From assembly GCA_976551045.1 (NCBI GenBank), contig CDPCPM010000026.1:8432001-8496000 (forward strand): DNA of 64,000 nt, in the 5' to 3' direction. Within the stretch, counting starts at the first letter, position 1. Each line of letters opens with the position of its first letter. This DNA is from Glaucostegus cemiculus (lineage: Eukaryota). Both the position numbers and the translations under genes were made by a program. Positions 36,536-50,755 of the stretch are shown one piece after another. The notes beneath the pieces were generated by a model that saw only the letters and a program-made list of their open reading frames with translations, had not been told where the DNA came from and searched no databases.

Positions 36536-39139
36536 AGACTATGTTGTGAACCATGTGAAAGATAAATTTCCCATTGTTGAAGGTAGCACTCTGACATTTT
36601 TTCACCTAATAAGCAATTCGTACAATAGGGTATTACAATGACGGATGTGTCACAACCCATGTAGGACAACTGAACCCACCAGAATACACAAGAGCTTGGG
36701 AAACACAGATCAAGGTCAAGAAAGTCACTGTAACATTGTATGTCCAACCAATCACTCTGAACCTGAGCTCAGGCTAATAATTAAAACCTGCAAAATATAT
36801 TAATGGGGTAGGGGGAATTTCAGTCCAATGACATTATGTTGTTAACAAGCTTTCTGGCAAAGCAGCACTTGGTGGAACCTTGTAGTGCAAGATTATTTAA
36901 GGATTATGAATTACGGTATATTCATGGAGTCCAGTTACAGATCTTCTATAGTATTATATGGCAAAATAGGCTCTGAAGGCTAAATGGCTGACTCCAGTTC
37001 CTATAACTTTATGAACAAAAGCATTACCAAGGGATTTCCTGACCAAATATGTTAACATCATGGAATTTGTCTGGCAGTGTGTTTTGGCAACTTAGATACT
37101 GCATTCAAGCCCGAGATTCATTTCATGTTAAATTTGGGATCCTGTTCTGCATTAATAGGTGTTGACTGTTGCTAAATGTGAGGAGTGACAAGTAGTAGAA
37201 GCCTCTCATGTACCTGGGTGGCCGGTTTTGTTTCCATTTGGCAAAAAGCCTGCTATGCATCCTCATGTTCCAAGGATGGTTTAAAAAAATGTAATTAGTG
37301 GTTAAAAACAAGGTTCTTCTCTGTTGATTCCCAGTTTCTATAGCACGGGTCTCAGACATCTAAGGACCACATTGGAATAAAACTGTTGTTAGACTTGGAA
37401 GAACAATTTCTTGTTTGGTTCTTCCAGGAGTCACTGGGTTAGTGCTCTGGTAGCAGCGACCTAGATGGTGGTGACAACATGGGGGAGACCTTTGCCATTA
37501 CTTGCCGAAGGCTCACTCAGCCTCCCAGCCACCCAGTTTCCCAGTATCGCTCTGTCAACGAGTTACAGAGGAGCATGCATTGGAATTTGCAACTTGGCAA
37601 CTGCCCTCAAGTGAGGTCCAAGCTTAAAACTATTTTGGACTTCCTGAGGCCATCTTTGGATGGGTGCATGACCCAGGCTCACCATCAATTTAGGTGGAAG
37701 TCACAATTGCCTCCATTTCCCCCATGGTTATGTACCATTGAACCACATCAACTAGCAATGGAGCAAGCTACATTGATTAAAGGTGGTTAGAAGCTTCTAA
37801 GATTTAGAAGTGGTAGTTAATCTTTGTGGAGTAGCTGGCATTGGAAAGAATTCTGCCTAATATTCTCAATTCGGTATTGGGTACACTTGGACAAGTGCAA
37901 CTTTGGGCCAATTAAGCAAGTAATTACCAGTACTTCCATAGATAATTACTTGGGATTGGGAGCGGATGTGGGCATGGAAGAAGTGGAAGGAGCAGTGGCT
38001 CTGACTGAAACAGGAAGCAACAAAGAGTGAAAACAGGTAGAAATGGACACTACCTGTTCAGTGGCAGTGCCTAACCTCCAATATCCTCCAGGTCATTAAT
38101 TTTAGGATTTTGAGATAATCTCCCAGCCCAAACCCCTTCTCAGTCTTCCCTCTCCTTAAGGCACTGAGCCTCTTGCACTTAAGCTGAGAAAGCTAATTTA
38201 GCAGCCTATTGATCTATTATAATCACTAATAATGCAGATGGCTCCTGAGAAATGTAACAAATTGTAAATTCTACACATAAATTATTTAAATTCTCAATGT
38301 GCATTGAGACACATTGATACTTCCTCAGTTTTCTAATATTTAACTGATAATTATTCAGTTTCTATCTGGATAATATAGATAAACAGGATCATGGATAAAG
38401 CATTTTAATCAACAAAGTTTTGCAAATACTTGTGCATCAAACACAATTATTTAATTGACTGAAGAAAGTGCAAAAGGCAGAAGATGAGTGAAGAATGATA
38501 TACATGTAAAGAGTATTCTCTGCATAGATAAGTCCTTATCATAATTCTCAACTCGTTTCCTTTAGTTTAAGGTTAAAAATCTTATATTATGCTGTAATCC
38601 ACAAACATATTAAACTCTCTTTATGCATGTCAAGCTTCTTTCTCCAATATATTTAACGTGATAGCTTAAGAGATGAGCTCTTTGCAAAGTTTAAACATAT
38701 CTGGTTACGGTTAAAAGTATTATTTGTGAGGTGAATTGCAATCAAGATTTAGATTTCTCACGCTTTTGGCTCCCACATAACTTAAGGGCTTAAACTCCCA
38801 AATGGTTTCAGTAGTTCAATATAGGATTAGTGGCAGATCTGCTGTTTTATTCTACAGGGGGCAAGAGGTAGGCCTGAAAATAGGTGCCTATCACAGGACA
38901 AAATGATTAGAACAGTTGATGGCCAATCTTTACACGACGCCTTCAAATGTTGACTGTCATCTTGTCATGAGGATAGTGGTTAGGGTGGCGGTGTTTTCAC
39001 TTCTCAAGGGAAAGCCCACCGACAGTCTGTGTAATTTCCATGAAGGATGCGGACATCAGGCAGTTGTCCAAAGGTTTTCATCTGCTAATTGTTATTGCTA
39101 TCTTCCAGTGTTCAGATCTTACCACTACATCTGTAGTGT

Positions 39140-39430
39140 AACGTAGAACAGTCTAGCCCAGGAACATGCTGTTTGGCTCACAATGTCTGCGCCGACCATG
39201 ATGCCAATCCAAACTAATCCCACCTGACTACACATGGTCGCTATCCCTGCCTCTTAAACATTGCTATCTTATCTACTTCTACTACTTCCCCTGGCAGTGC
39301 ATTCCAGGGGAATGTGTAAAAAAAAACTTGCCTCGTAAATTTCCTTTAAACTTCTGCGCCCCCCCCCCCCAACTTAAACCTATACCCTCTAAGACTTGAG
39401 GTTTCCACCTTGGGAGGAATACTCTATCTA
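39140..39430 (-). mobile_element. CR1 LINE 3'-end fragment
   Basis: tagaacagtctagcccaggaacatgctgtttggctcacaatgtctgcgccgaccatgatgccaat...ctggcagtgcattccag; related to 52290 and 60200. Confidence 0.65.
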
Positions 39431-40294
39431 CACTTTGTACTTACATTTCCCAACAGTGGCAGCTGGGTAGCACCAGCTTCATGGAAGTGCCATTTCAGAG
39501 TACATTCAGTGAATCTTAACAATGATTCTTTCACCAGTAGAAACAATCATAATCATCAGACAGAATGTCATTAAATAGAAGGAACCGACAGACAATCATA
39601 CTCCATAATATTTGGTCTTAAACATTACAGTGATTGTTACAATGTTTCAGTCATTAGATCTGCAACATGATTATTCGGCAGACCTGACAAATGAAAAGAG
39701 ACAGAATTTAACCATCTCTATAAAGCCCTATTGAGGTATATTGGTGATTAAGCAAATTATTTGGCATGATATCTAAGGGAAGGTTGGCAATTGTGCATTT
39801 GCTGAATGAACAGGTTAATAAAATACTCATTTAAAACCCCTTATTTGAATCACTGCAGGCTTCTTGGTACCTGCCCCAGTACCAAACAAGCTACCAATAT
39901 GATTCGGCTATCTGTCTGCACCCTTTACCGTGGTTGGTAGAATCTCCACCTCTGTTCCATCCAGTCTTCCCAAGGATTGATACTTTCTCCTTCTCACTTC
40001 CCCTCAGCAACATCATCTAAAAACATACACGAGTTTCTACTGTTAACAAACAGCACCCAGCTCCCTCCACTACCTTGAAATTATCACACAGTTTTTCTGA
40101 CAGCCAACAATATTAGAAATGTGAAATAAAGCCATTGCTTTTAGCTATCTGTCATGAGCTCCTCTTCAGGTCCAGCAACACTGTTGCAAGGGCACCTTGC
40201 CGATGTTGGGTTTTGGAATTGGCATCCAGAAGTTCCCTACTTGTTGCAGATGGGGTTGGATGGAAAGGTTAATGTATAAAACTGATAATTGGCA

Positions 40295-40400
40295 CCAGTA
40301 GTGTGGTGACACTTGTGGGCTGCCCCCAGATCATTCTATGCAAAAGATGCATTTCACTGTGTGTATCGATGTATATGTGACTAATAAAGATATCTTATAT
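40295..40400 (+). mobile_element. 3' part of the V-SINE family seen at 2521 and 3442
   Basis: gtggtgacacttgtgggctgcccccag...gatgcatttcactgtgtgtatcgatgtatatgtgactaataaagatatcttat. Confidence 0.75.
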
Positions 40401-41939
40401 TAAATTTATTTTTTTATTCTTCCCCCACCATGTTTCTGATCCATTCCTGTAATCCAAGTATTTTAATAACTTGAACTTAGGCACAGGTCAGGTGCCTATC
40501 CCATAGAAGCAAGGTCCCAATTCAAATGGCAGTCTCCACCTGATAATATCATTGAGATGAGGAAACTATTCTAACTGTGGGCCCAAGGAAGTTCAGGTAA
40601 ATCCTGTTTTTTCTCTAATTTATTGAAAAGTTTCTTTGTGTCAGAAGAAGGGAATGTGCTCTTCCTGGCCCACAGAGGTACCACTAGCCTCCTATGGCTT
40701 GAGTTTCACCAACACCCATCCATTCCTCTTCAACAATCTCTGAGCATCTGATCTCTGTACTTTCCCATTTCCCTCTGCAGAGATTGTTGCCATGTGCCCC
40801 TGGTGGTATCTGATCTACCATGCCCACTGATGTAATGACATTCCTGATAGTTCCAAGTTGGGAATCAGTGTTGGACTGAATGAATATCAAATCTTTTGCA
40901 CACTCAATGCCTATTTGGTCTTTTGCCTGCTGAATTGTTGTACGTTCTCTTAAGGCCAAACACATACCATCCTGCCAATATATAAGTGGTGTATGCCTAC
41001 AGTGCTGAAGGTTCAGGTCTCTACCATTTCCCAGGAAATCACTAAAACTTTAGCACAAAGGAAATGGGGCAGATATTCACTCATGATCTTTGGACCCAGA
41101 AAAGCAGGCAATCCTGAGGAAAGGCGTCATAAATTTGTAAAATACATATTGATAAGGCTTCCTATCTATTTAGTGTGAAATGGAAACCAAAATTTTTAAC
41201 ATTAAGTGAAAAACAGCATGAGAAAATGTTCACATCAATAGAATACAGTAGAATGTAAAAAGGAATCAATGGTTAATTTTCTGTGCTTAGAACCCCCAGT
41301 ATTATTTCTAATGCTCCAAAGATGGATTTGTGAGCAAGATGTGCAAAGTACTCAGGTTTTGGTGAAGGTCATTAATGAAGAACATATGCAGTTTTCCACT
41401 ATGAAATTTAAAAGAAGAAATAGTTTGTTCTTGAAACATGACATACACTTTGCTTTATAATTTCAGTGCAACTTTGCTTTATAATTTTAGAGCAATAATG
41501 TAACATTGCAAAAGGAATTTTCTTCCCAACAATTCAGATTTTAAAATTCCTACAAACCTTTTTAGAAAATGAAACTAAGGTAATAAGTAGTTAATATTGC
41601 TAAATGGTATTGTTGTTTACTGTGGGGGTGGGGTGTGTGGACAAGAAGGCTTGGAAATCCCATGTAATGTTATTATCACTTTTACAGGAATTGAGAAGAA
41701 TTTGTGCCCAGTTAAGGTCTGGAGACCTACCCAAGTAACAATTATAGTGTCAGTACCTTTCAAGTGATTAAGACGAATCCCAATTAAAATGGGCTAATAT
41801 ACTTGGACACGTGTACGTTAAACAGCATTGCCTATAGAAAACAAGTACTAGCTGAAAGTTGCACTAGCAGGTAGTTAGGAATAGTACTTACCTCAGGTTT
41901 TGACTTCTAACGACATTGATTGTATTTCTGTTTCATTTT

Positions 41940-42240
41940 GAGATCTGGAAGTTGCTGGTAAGGTGAGCATTTATTGCCCATCCCTAATGGTCCTTGAACT
42001 GTGTGGCTTGCTGGCCTATTTCAGAGGGTTTTTAAGGGTCAACCACATTGTTGGGCTTGGAGCCCACCTACAGCCCAGATCAGGGAGAGATGGCAGATAT
42101 TCTTCTTTGAACCAGATGCGATTTTTTCAAACATCCTGTAGTTTTCTGGTTGTCATTATTGATAACTAATTTTATGTAAAGTTCAAGGTTATTAGCTGAA
42201 TTTAAATATTCTACATCTGCCATTGCAATTTGAACATACA
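41940..42240. repeat. Interspersed repeat fragment, family uncertain
   Basis: gatctggaagttgctggtaaggtgagcatttattgcccatccctaatggtccttgaac...; a second related segment lies at about 42420-42570. Confidence 0.45.
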
Positions 42241-43371
42241 ACTATTCATTTTGCTGTTTTTGCAGAAATGTTAACTTTGGAGGACCGGGCAAATGAGGCA
42301 AAAGAAGCAAGAAGGGTTGGAGACTGAGACAGAGAAGACTTTTTGTATTTACTGATTGATAAGGAGTGGGCAGAACAGGCTGAGCCAACCGAGAACTTAC
42401 TAAACCATTTCTGAGGTCAGTTTAAAGTCAAGCACAATGTTCTGCATCCGTGGTTCATGCATAGGACAGACCAGGTAAGAGTGGTAGATTTCTATTTTGA
42501 AAGACCTAATTGAACAAGAAGGGTTTTTATGTGAATTCAGTAGTTTCATGTTCAGCATGACTGTGCTTTTTTAAACTGTCGACTTATTCAATGCATTGAA
42601 CATAGAATCACAGAACCATAGAATGGTTACAGCACAGGAGGTGGTCATTCAGTCCATCATATCCAAGCTGGTTCTCTGCTGGAGCAACTGTCTAGTCCAG
42701 CTTGTGGACCTTTCTTCGTTGCCTTATAATCCTTTCTTCACATTCTTCTGTCCCCACAAATTCCCCAGTTGCCATTATGGGATTTAAATTCATGCCTCAA
42801 GATTATTGACAAAAGCCTCCAGATACAAATCCAGGAACAAGCACAATACTTTTGAACCCCTAAAGTGTCATGATTTAATTACCTCTGAGTCCTTGGACAC
42901 CAGAACCCATGAGTGGCTGTTTAGTCGAAGATGCGAGTTTGGCGAATAGCAAATCCATGTATAGGCTCTGAGACAAGCCTCTGAGAATGGGCAACACATG
43001 ACTCTTAAGCTGCACTTCTCATTTGATGGAGAAGCAAATTTTCCTTGCAGACTTCAGAGGAAGGTGTAACAGTTTCATTGGATCCCACTCCAGACCTGTA
43101 CATTAGAAGTAACCAGGAGCCAGCTGTTGGCTACACCTTCACACAAGGGCAGAGTTATGGCACCAGGGGAGAAACCACATAACTCTCCAAGTGTTGGATG
43201 CTCTAAAACTTTTAACTCTCCATCATGACTTTTAGACAAGCCTTCTTGTTGATGAGTCAACACATGAATCCAGGATCTGATACCCCTCAAGAGATCAGCT
43301 TGACAAACCAATTGATCTCCCTTCTCAATGCAATATATTAGATGGTAGGGGATAACATTAATCATGAACAT

Positions 43372-43640
43372 CAGTAACAACAACTTACACTTATTTAGTG
43401 CCTCTACATTGAAAACGTACCACAATGTTTCAGCAGCATGATTATCAGACAAAAATTTGACACAAAGCCAAGTAACGAGATAACAGACAAGTGACTAAAA
43501 GCTTCAGCAAAGAGTTGGATGTGAAGGAACATACTGAAAGAGAGAAGTGGTAGGAAGGCAGAGAGGCATAGTGAGGGAATTACAGACCTTAGTTCCTAAA
43601 CAACTGAAAGCCTGACCACCAGTTACAGAATGATTTAAGC
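43372..43640 (-). mobile_element. L2-type LINE 3'-end fragment
   Basis: aacaacaacttacacttatttagtgcctctacat...attatcagacaaaaatttgacac...gagggaattacagaccttag...caactgaaagc resembles the reverse complement of an L2 3' tail. Confidence 0.6.
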
Positions 43641-45619
43641 TGGGATACCACTGTCCAGGGTAGAGTCAGTAGCCTCTACCTACTGATACATTGTCAGCTT
43701 TAGATCAGCTTGTAGCACTTTTGAAAGATAGAACTTATGAACGGTGCTTTATAAATGTAAGTTTTTGTTTCCATGACATTATATTGGGAAAGCTTATGCT
43801 CTCTGTTCATGTGTGAAAAGAGAAATACAAAGGTACAGAGAAAAAAGGACATTTTTATGAAAGAACTTTTGGAATATGGTTAGATTTTATAAAATGAAAA
43901 ATTGCAAGAGCCATTGCAAAGTCAAAGAGATTAAAAATGCTGAGGTGAGTTGGAAGATTTTTTGATTAAACCATAAAGCTTGAACCTCTGTCATGGGGAA
44001 TAAGAGCATTAAAAAAAATGTTACCTCAAATTGTCCAAGTTTGCCAAATTAAATCTGATCAAAACTTTGGGCTGGTACTGAGAAAGGTGATGTGGTGTAG
44101 TGTAGTCCCACCTCATCAAATGTTTGCTTACCCCGCTAAGAAAGTAAAAGAAAACACACCCAGACTAAAGGGCAATATTATTGGTGAATCACTGTTCTAA
44201 GATTAGATATAACTCTGAGTGAGTCAATCCCTTCCGTGGATCAATTGCAACCACTTAACCAAAAGTAATACACAGAGTGGTCCATATCCACAGAAAGTTT
44301 CCATTATTTTTTGAATTTTATCTTGAATGATTTGCACCTGGATATTGCATCTGATTTCCAGCATGTGTTTATTGAGACTTTGAGAAATCAGGATATTAGT
44401 TATTATTTAAATCATTACTGCTTTAATGAGTAATTAAACATTGAGATGAAAATTTCTTGTCCTTCTTTAATACGCTTACTCTAGGAGTGTCAAGGGAAAA
44501 GCAGCTAGGGAGCATATTTGGTTAGCACTCAGATGTAATTGCTCTTTGTCTTACATTATAGATTTAGTGGGGCCTCTGTTCTCAAACAAGTCCTGTAGTT
44601 TTGAATGGACAAAACTGGAGGATAGAGGCTCACGTTGTCCAGACAATCCCATCTCCCAATCATCCCCAGTCCTATTATCAATCAGTAAACCAAATGAGAC
44701 TGTGAATATCAAACATATCAGTGATAAAAGTGTAATAGAAAACAGTAGTGACTGAATATTTTACAATACTTGCTGATGGTTCAATGATTCTCTATGGCTG
44801 AGGTGAAGAGTGTGAACAGATAAATATTATTTCTCTGTAGCTACGGTGATGTTGAAAGGTAGGTGGTATTTTGACTGTTCACAGTAGTATAAAATGGCAA
44901 GATTAATTCAACGATGCTGTGCACCTCCCTGGTTTTCATTTCAATTGGTTTAATGGAAATTAAAATTGGCAAAGTTATGTAGTGGGCATGTGAATCAATC
45001 TCACTTGTTTTGTACAAGTACAGAGTCAAAATTACTCCCATACTGTTCATTTACCATCCACAACAAAGCAACCAGTTTTATCACAGTGTAAGCAAGCCTT
45101 TTCAATACTGACAGATCTTTTGTTCAGTACAATCCAATTGTCTGTTACTGTTTATAGTGCAATGATTGGAAAGAGATCTTCAAAAGATAATGTATAATAA
45201 CAGTATAATAGCTAAGTTACACACTGGTGGAATATGAATACAGAAATGCCATTCAACGTTTTCTTTTAAACAGAATACATCGGAAAAAGACTCATTGCGC
45301 ATGGAGTCTTATTTAAAATTATTTGGATGGTACCTTATTTCACCACTGCATGTTTCTGCTGAATGATTGCAAACCCAGATTTAACTAAAGATTTAAGATG
45401 GTTCTTTTAGTGGAATGGTAATATTAAACAGGAAGGCTATTATATTGTTTCTATTGTTTACTGATTAAGTAACAAAATCAATCAAGTTGCCACAGATATT
45501 GCATTGAAGTATTAAAAAAAATCGTACAAATTAATTCCTGTTATAATCTAAATCATAACATTAAATATAAAGTTTTTGATGTACATGTGACTAATAAAGA
45601 TATCTAATCTTATTTTAAA

Positions 45620-46085
45620 AACCAAAAGTGCTGTTAAGACTCAGCAGGCCAGGCAGCATCTGTGGAAAGAGAGAATAATTTGAGGTTTAAAGTTGCAGAC
45701 CCTTCATTAGAAACTGAAATAAGAGTGCTTGTTTTGTTCAATTGCAAAGTCAAAATTATAATTCAGTATTACAGAAAAGTAACCAGTTTTATCTTGGTAA
45801 ATGCAAGCCTTTTCAAAATTAACGGGGCTGAGACGAACAGCTGGTGAAGCGTAACAAACAATATGATGAGAAATATTGACAGCTCCTCTTCCTCAACAGA
45901 CACTGCTTGGCTTGCTGAGTTTCTCCAGCAGATTGTCTGTTGCTCCAGGTTCCAGCATCTGCAGTCTCTTGTGTCTCCAACTGGTGAATGGTCATCTGCT
46001 TCTCTTTCCACAGATGCTGTGATGCTGCTACTTCTGTTTCTGTTTCTATTTCAGATATCCAGCATCCATAGTGTTTTTCTTCTAT
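45620..46085. mobile_element. Cluster of three short Penelope-terminal-repeat-like elements in mixed orientation
   Basis: actcagcaggccaggcagcatctgtggaaagaga at about 45640; reverse copies cttgctgagtttctccagcagattgtctgttgctccaggttccagcatctgcagtctc at about 45910 and tctctttccacagatgctg at about 46000. Confidence 0.7.
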
Positions 46086-47564
46086 TTTCATTTAACATTA
46101 TATTTAAAACAGTTTTGAGTTATATCCAAACTTTGGAAGGCACACAATGAACATAAAATTAAAATAGCCTCACTTTTAGATGTGGTTAAGGATATCTTCC
46201 AGTATTTAGACCCTTTCAGAGTACAACAGCACTTGATATAAAATTGAACATGTAGATCTTAATCCTTCCACAATCTGGTAAAATGTATAATCTTCTTAAG
46301 TGAATACGATGTTACCTGAAGATTTTTAATGATTTTTTTAAAAATTCATTATTTTAACAGAATAAATGTGTAGCATTTGATGAGTTAGAGCAATAAAACA
46401 TAATCATGACACAAACATGTAGTTTAACAGCAAAACCTCATGAATATGCAAAATGTATGGTGCTGCATACCTTGTCATTCTATTTAATTCTCCCACTAAT
46501 GTGTATCACTTGAAGACATTAATTTATTTTGCTTTTTTCCAAACAGACCACGAGCAACAACTTCTCAACACAATAAACAGCAAAGAGCAGAATATTACAA
46601 CTCATATTTGTGGTAGGGCAAACAATTCTACAAAAATTAATGTTGTTTTCCTGTGGTGCAATATATAGACAATAAACATTGATGCAATCTTTTGTGATGT
46701 TTATAGATGCATATTATACAGTTCAAGGAGTGTGCAAGGCGATTTTCTCTTTCATTTCTATACTTGCTTTGTTGTTCGCCTAGTTATCCAAATAAGTACC
46801 TCATAGGTCTCTTGGGGGCTAGTCTGGCCAAGAACCATGCAATTACTGAAATGGATTAGACATCTGTGAATAACAAATCTACTTGCACTATAAACTACAC
46901 CATTTAATTGGACAAAACTGTTTGTGGTTACAATTAAAAGCTGACTTCTTCATTATACAGAGCTTTCAGCATCACACTAGAGAATTATGCACTTAATGGT
47001 GTGTTAATTTTGTGTAGTGCAGTGTTGCCTATTTAGATTCTGTATCACTTTGCAAATTAAACCAACCTTCTAGTGGAAAGACATGGAACATCTTCGGCTG
47101 ATTTTTTTTCCAATTAGCTTATCTTTGTATTATCTTGTTACATCCATTTTGAAAATCTTAAATGAAACCTCCAAGTTAATATTTAATGGTTTTATTTTTG
47201 CATTTTCCTTAAAACTGCCTTTTAATTCTTTGCACTTACTTTTCCCATAAAAGTAGATTTTAATAATGTGTTTGGCAAAGTCTGTTTTCTGATCAGTTTA
47301 CCAATCTTGCAGCATTTCACATTTCTCACTTCTCTGCAGATCTCAAGTGCTTTGACTATTGCTTAGAGCAAACTTCACTCATTACTTCTCTTGATGCATC
47401 ACTTTATATTAACACTGTAACTCAGATAATATTTTGTTGTCTTCACGAACAGGGATTCTCTCTATCAGTCATTGGGTGGTGACTGATGCACTTGCCATAT
47501 TTTAAGTATCATTTAAACAATAATAGCAAGTCATAGCTTTTGAAAAGGAAAAAAATACATTCAG

Positions 47565-47873
47565 TACAGGCCACGCCCTAATAATGAACAGGGTCCATTT
47601 TTATAGACGTCCAAAAGTCGATTTTGTCTGGAAGTTGGAAAATACACAAAGGTTACTTGATATGGTAATCGTAGCTCCACAGTATTGTAATGGATGGCAT
47701 AAAGAGCACACAAATCTGATCAGAAGGAACAATTACTAAAAGCGGTGAGAGAGAGGAAACTAGTTTTGCTATTCATAGGAGCGAACATTTGTATGTACGT
47801 TGGGCTTTTGAATTTATTAATATTATGTGGGGTGTCTGTAAGTCAGGCGTTGGTAACCTAGGGACAACCTATA
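47565..47873. mobile_element. Non-autonomous Tc1/mariner (Tigger-like) DNA transposon, MITE
   Basis: TA|CAGGCCACGCCCTAATAATGAAC ... GTTGGTAACCTAGGGACAACCTA|TA: imperfect TIRs with TA target duplication in a cagTA...TActg context. Confidence 0.65.
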
Positions 47874-48109
47874 CTGCAAATCTGAAAAAAAAAACAATTC
47901 ATTGAAACATCCTGCTGGGTCACTCAGTTTTTTGACTTAAAAATAGACTTGAATGTTATAAGTGTGGCACTCTACATGATTTCAGATCAACTATTTGGCA
48001 GCATTCAAAATTTTAATCAATCTTTTTTCAGTTTGAATATATTATTTTAAAATGATTGGCTTTCAATGACTGGATGATTTTAAATTTTTAAATTAAAAAA
48101 AAAATTATT

Positions 48110-48335
48110 TACAGGCCCTTTCGGCCCAACGAGTCCACGCCACCCATTTTTAACCCCCAAATTAACCTACCTGTACGTCTTTTTTTAAGAATGTGGGAGG
48201 AAACCGGAGCACCCAGAGGTAACCCATGCAGACACGGGAGAACGTACAAGCTCCTTACAGTCAGCGACGGGAATCGAACCCCGATCGCTGGTGCTGTAAC
48301 AGTGTCGCACTAACCGCTACGCTATCGTGCCGCCC
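48110..48335 (-). mobile_element. tRNA-derived V-SINE, relatively young (CpGs retained)
   Basis: gaatgtgggaggaaaccggagcacccagagg...gggaatcgaaccccgatcgctggtgctgtaacagtgtcgcactaaccgctacgctatcgtgccgccc, with CR1-like tail acaggccctttcggcccaacgagtcc. Confidence 0.85.
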
Positions 48336-50394
48336 AGTTTAAAAAAAGGACCTTTTTTAAATTGTCTTGTCCTCCTCTTCTGGAAACCAAACCATTTATG
48401 ATAGAAGACTACTGCTTAACTGAGGAGGAGGAGCAGGGTGTTTTCTTTTTGCATGAGATATTCTTAGGTAAGGTTATAAATAAGCTATTTTGAAGGTTTA
48501 CTTCAGTTGTCTGAAAACACTACTTTTTCCCCTTCAAAATGTTATGTTGGTCCCATCTCTTTTCTTTCTCCCATGATGTTGTACTAAAAAGGTCATGATG
48601 TCCTGTGAGAGCCCAACACTGGTTTGCTGGCCTGACCTGTTAGTATTTTCTGTTTTTATTTCATACTTGCAGAGCCAGCAATATTTTTGATCTTCCCTCA
48701 TTACCTTTGGGCTGGAGTTGGGTAACTTCTACAGTTAACTCAATGACTCACAGGCCTATAGCTCACTGTAAACAGGATGCAAAATACGGAACAACATGAG
48801 AACTACTGCAATGGTTCAGAAGGGAAGTTTGCTGCTTTGTCGTCAAGAGGACATGGGTGACTTATACCCAAAAATTCCAGGTCAAATTTCTGGAAATGAC
48901 CTAGAATTATCATTATTATATTTCCCTCTTGGAAATAAAGGATCATTTTTCAATGCTGTAATGCTGCAAAGAAAAACAGAATTATGCAATTGAATTTCTA
49001 GATGAATCTATTTTTAGTCTACAATGCCAGTGCTGCAGAACTGTCATGTCAATTTCTGTCGGTGAGATTGTTCCAGATTTTACTTGTACTTGCTGTTAGT
49101 AGTTTATTCCTCCACAGTTCTTGTAAACTCTATGTTGGCCAACTTGAAGCTGCTTGGAACATAGGTGATTCAGATTTGGCCATCCATGGCTTCTCCACAC
49201 ATTTTCATTCATAGTTATGGCAAAAATGTATAACTTGCAAACCGTGTTAAAGATATTTCATATTACACATGTTGATAATTAAAATTTTAAGGGCTTACAA
49301 CTTGGCAAGTGTAAAAAAGTGTCAGCCATATAACTTCTCAGTATTCCTGGCATGTATGAAATGACCATTATTTGGACAATGTTTTTGACTTCTTATGATT
49401 GCAAGAAGTTTGCAGAATGTTTTTAACATCAGAATTTGAAGTAAGCAAAATTGGATGCGTGCAGACTGAGCTGCCACTTTGTTTTGCCAGATTACCATTT
49501 TGTGGGTGAACGCACTCAGTCATCAGATGCTTCAGATATCGACTGAAAGTAGTTTAGAACTTAAAATGTTTGAAATTATTGGCTAGAAATTCTAGTGCAC
49601 TCAATGGGTTGTACATGAATGTTACAGAATTGGATCCCTAGAACCATTTTACTCATTGACTAACTCCATAAAATTTCAATTGTGTAGCATTGTGTTAAAT
49701 GAGAGTACTAGATTCAGTCTCTCAGCCAGAATATTGTAAAGTTTATGTTCTGGAGCAGAATTATATTTTTTTCAGCTGAACACATTCCATGCACCCAAAC
49801 CCATTCAGTCCTGCTCATCCAGGTTGCAATGTGTCTAATATGATTAACTAGCTTATATCCTGGGTATTGCAAGAAAATATTGGGTGTTCTGAACACAAAA
49901 GTCATTGTTGAGGTTGAGATTTTTGTGGTACTTTTTCAAAAGTTTAATTTATAGTATGTTAAAATACATAATGTTTTTAATTCATTTAAACATTTTTTTC
50001 ATGTTTAACAGATCCAAAGCATAAACATGCAGCAACTCCATTCACTCAGATGGCTGTGATAGTTGGTGAGCTTGTGGGCAGCTCAACACCTTTCTGTGAA
50101 TGTAGCAGGCTATCTATCCTGGGGTGTTCAGCAGCATTGAAGTTCTGGGAGCATGGCTTCCAATGGACATCTTTACAGTGGGCTACACTGGAATGTACAA
50201 TGTGGCTTAGGGACAAGCATCCAGCAATTTAAGATCTGTCCCATCATATCTTCAATGTTCTTGCTTCCCATATTGTTCCTTGTTTTGCATCCTGCTCACT
50301 GTGAGCTGTAGACCTGTGAGTTGTTGAATTAACTGAAGAAGTTATAACTGATATCCAACTCCAGTCTAAAAGTGATGAGGGAAGATCAAAATTA

Positions 50395-50755
50395 TTCCAG
50401 GTGCTGGAAATCTGAAGTAAAACCAGAAAATGCTGGAAACACTCAGGTCAGACAGCATCTGTGGAAAGAGAAACAGAGTTAATGTTTCAGATCTGAAACC
50501 CTTCTTCAGAAATTATTTCATTTCCCTCTTCACAAAGACTTGAAATATTAATTTAGTTTCTCTTTCCCCAGATACTGCATGACCCGCTGAGTGTTTCCAG
50601 AATTGTCAGAGAACAATAGAATCATAGAGACTCGAGAGACTGCGAATGCTGAAATCTGGAGCAACAAACAATCTGCTGGGAGAAATCGATAGGTCAAGCA
50701 GCATCTATGGGGGGAAATAAATCGATGACATTTTGGGTTGAAAAGCTGCATCATA
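50395..50755. mobile_element. Cluster of short Penelope-terminal-repeat-like elements in mixed orientation
   Basis: gtgctggaaatctgaagtaaaaccagaaaatgctggaaacactcaggtcagacagcatctgtggaaagaga; reverse copy at about 50555-50600; third copy gagagactgcgaatgctgaaatctggagcaacaaacaatctgctgg at about 50635. Confidence 0.7.

Noticed and set aside
41446-41495. Short tandem duplication (actttgctttataattt twice)
   Set aside because: Only two copies in AT-rich DNA; ordinary slippage, not an array.
48255-48335. tRNA-like A/B-box sequence
   Set aside because: It is the tRNA-derived head of a SINE, continuous with the V-domain; no full cloverleaf.
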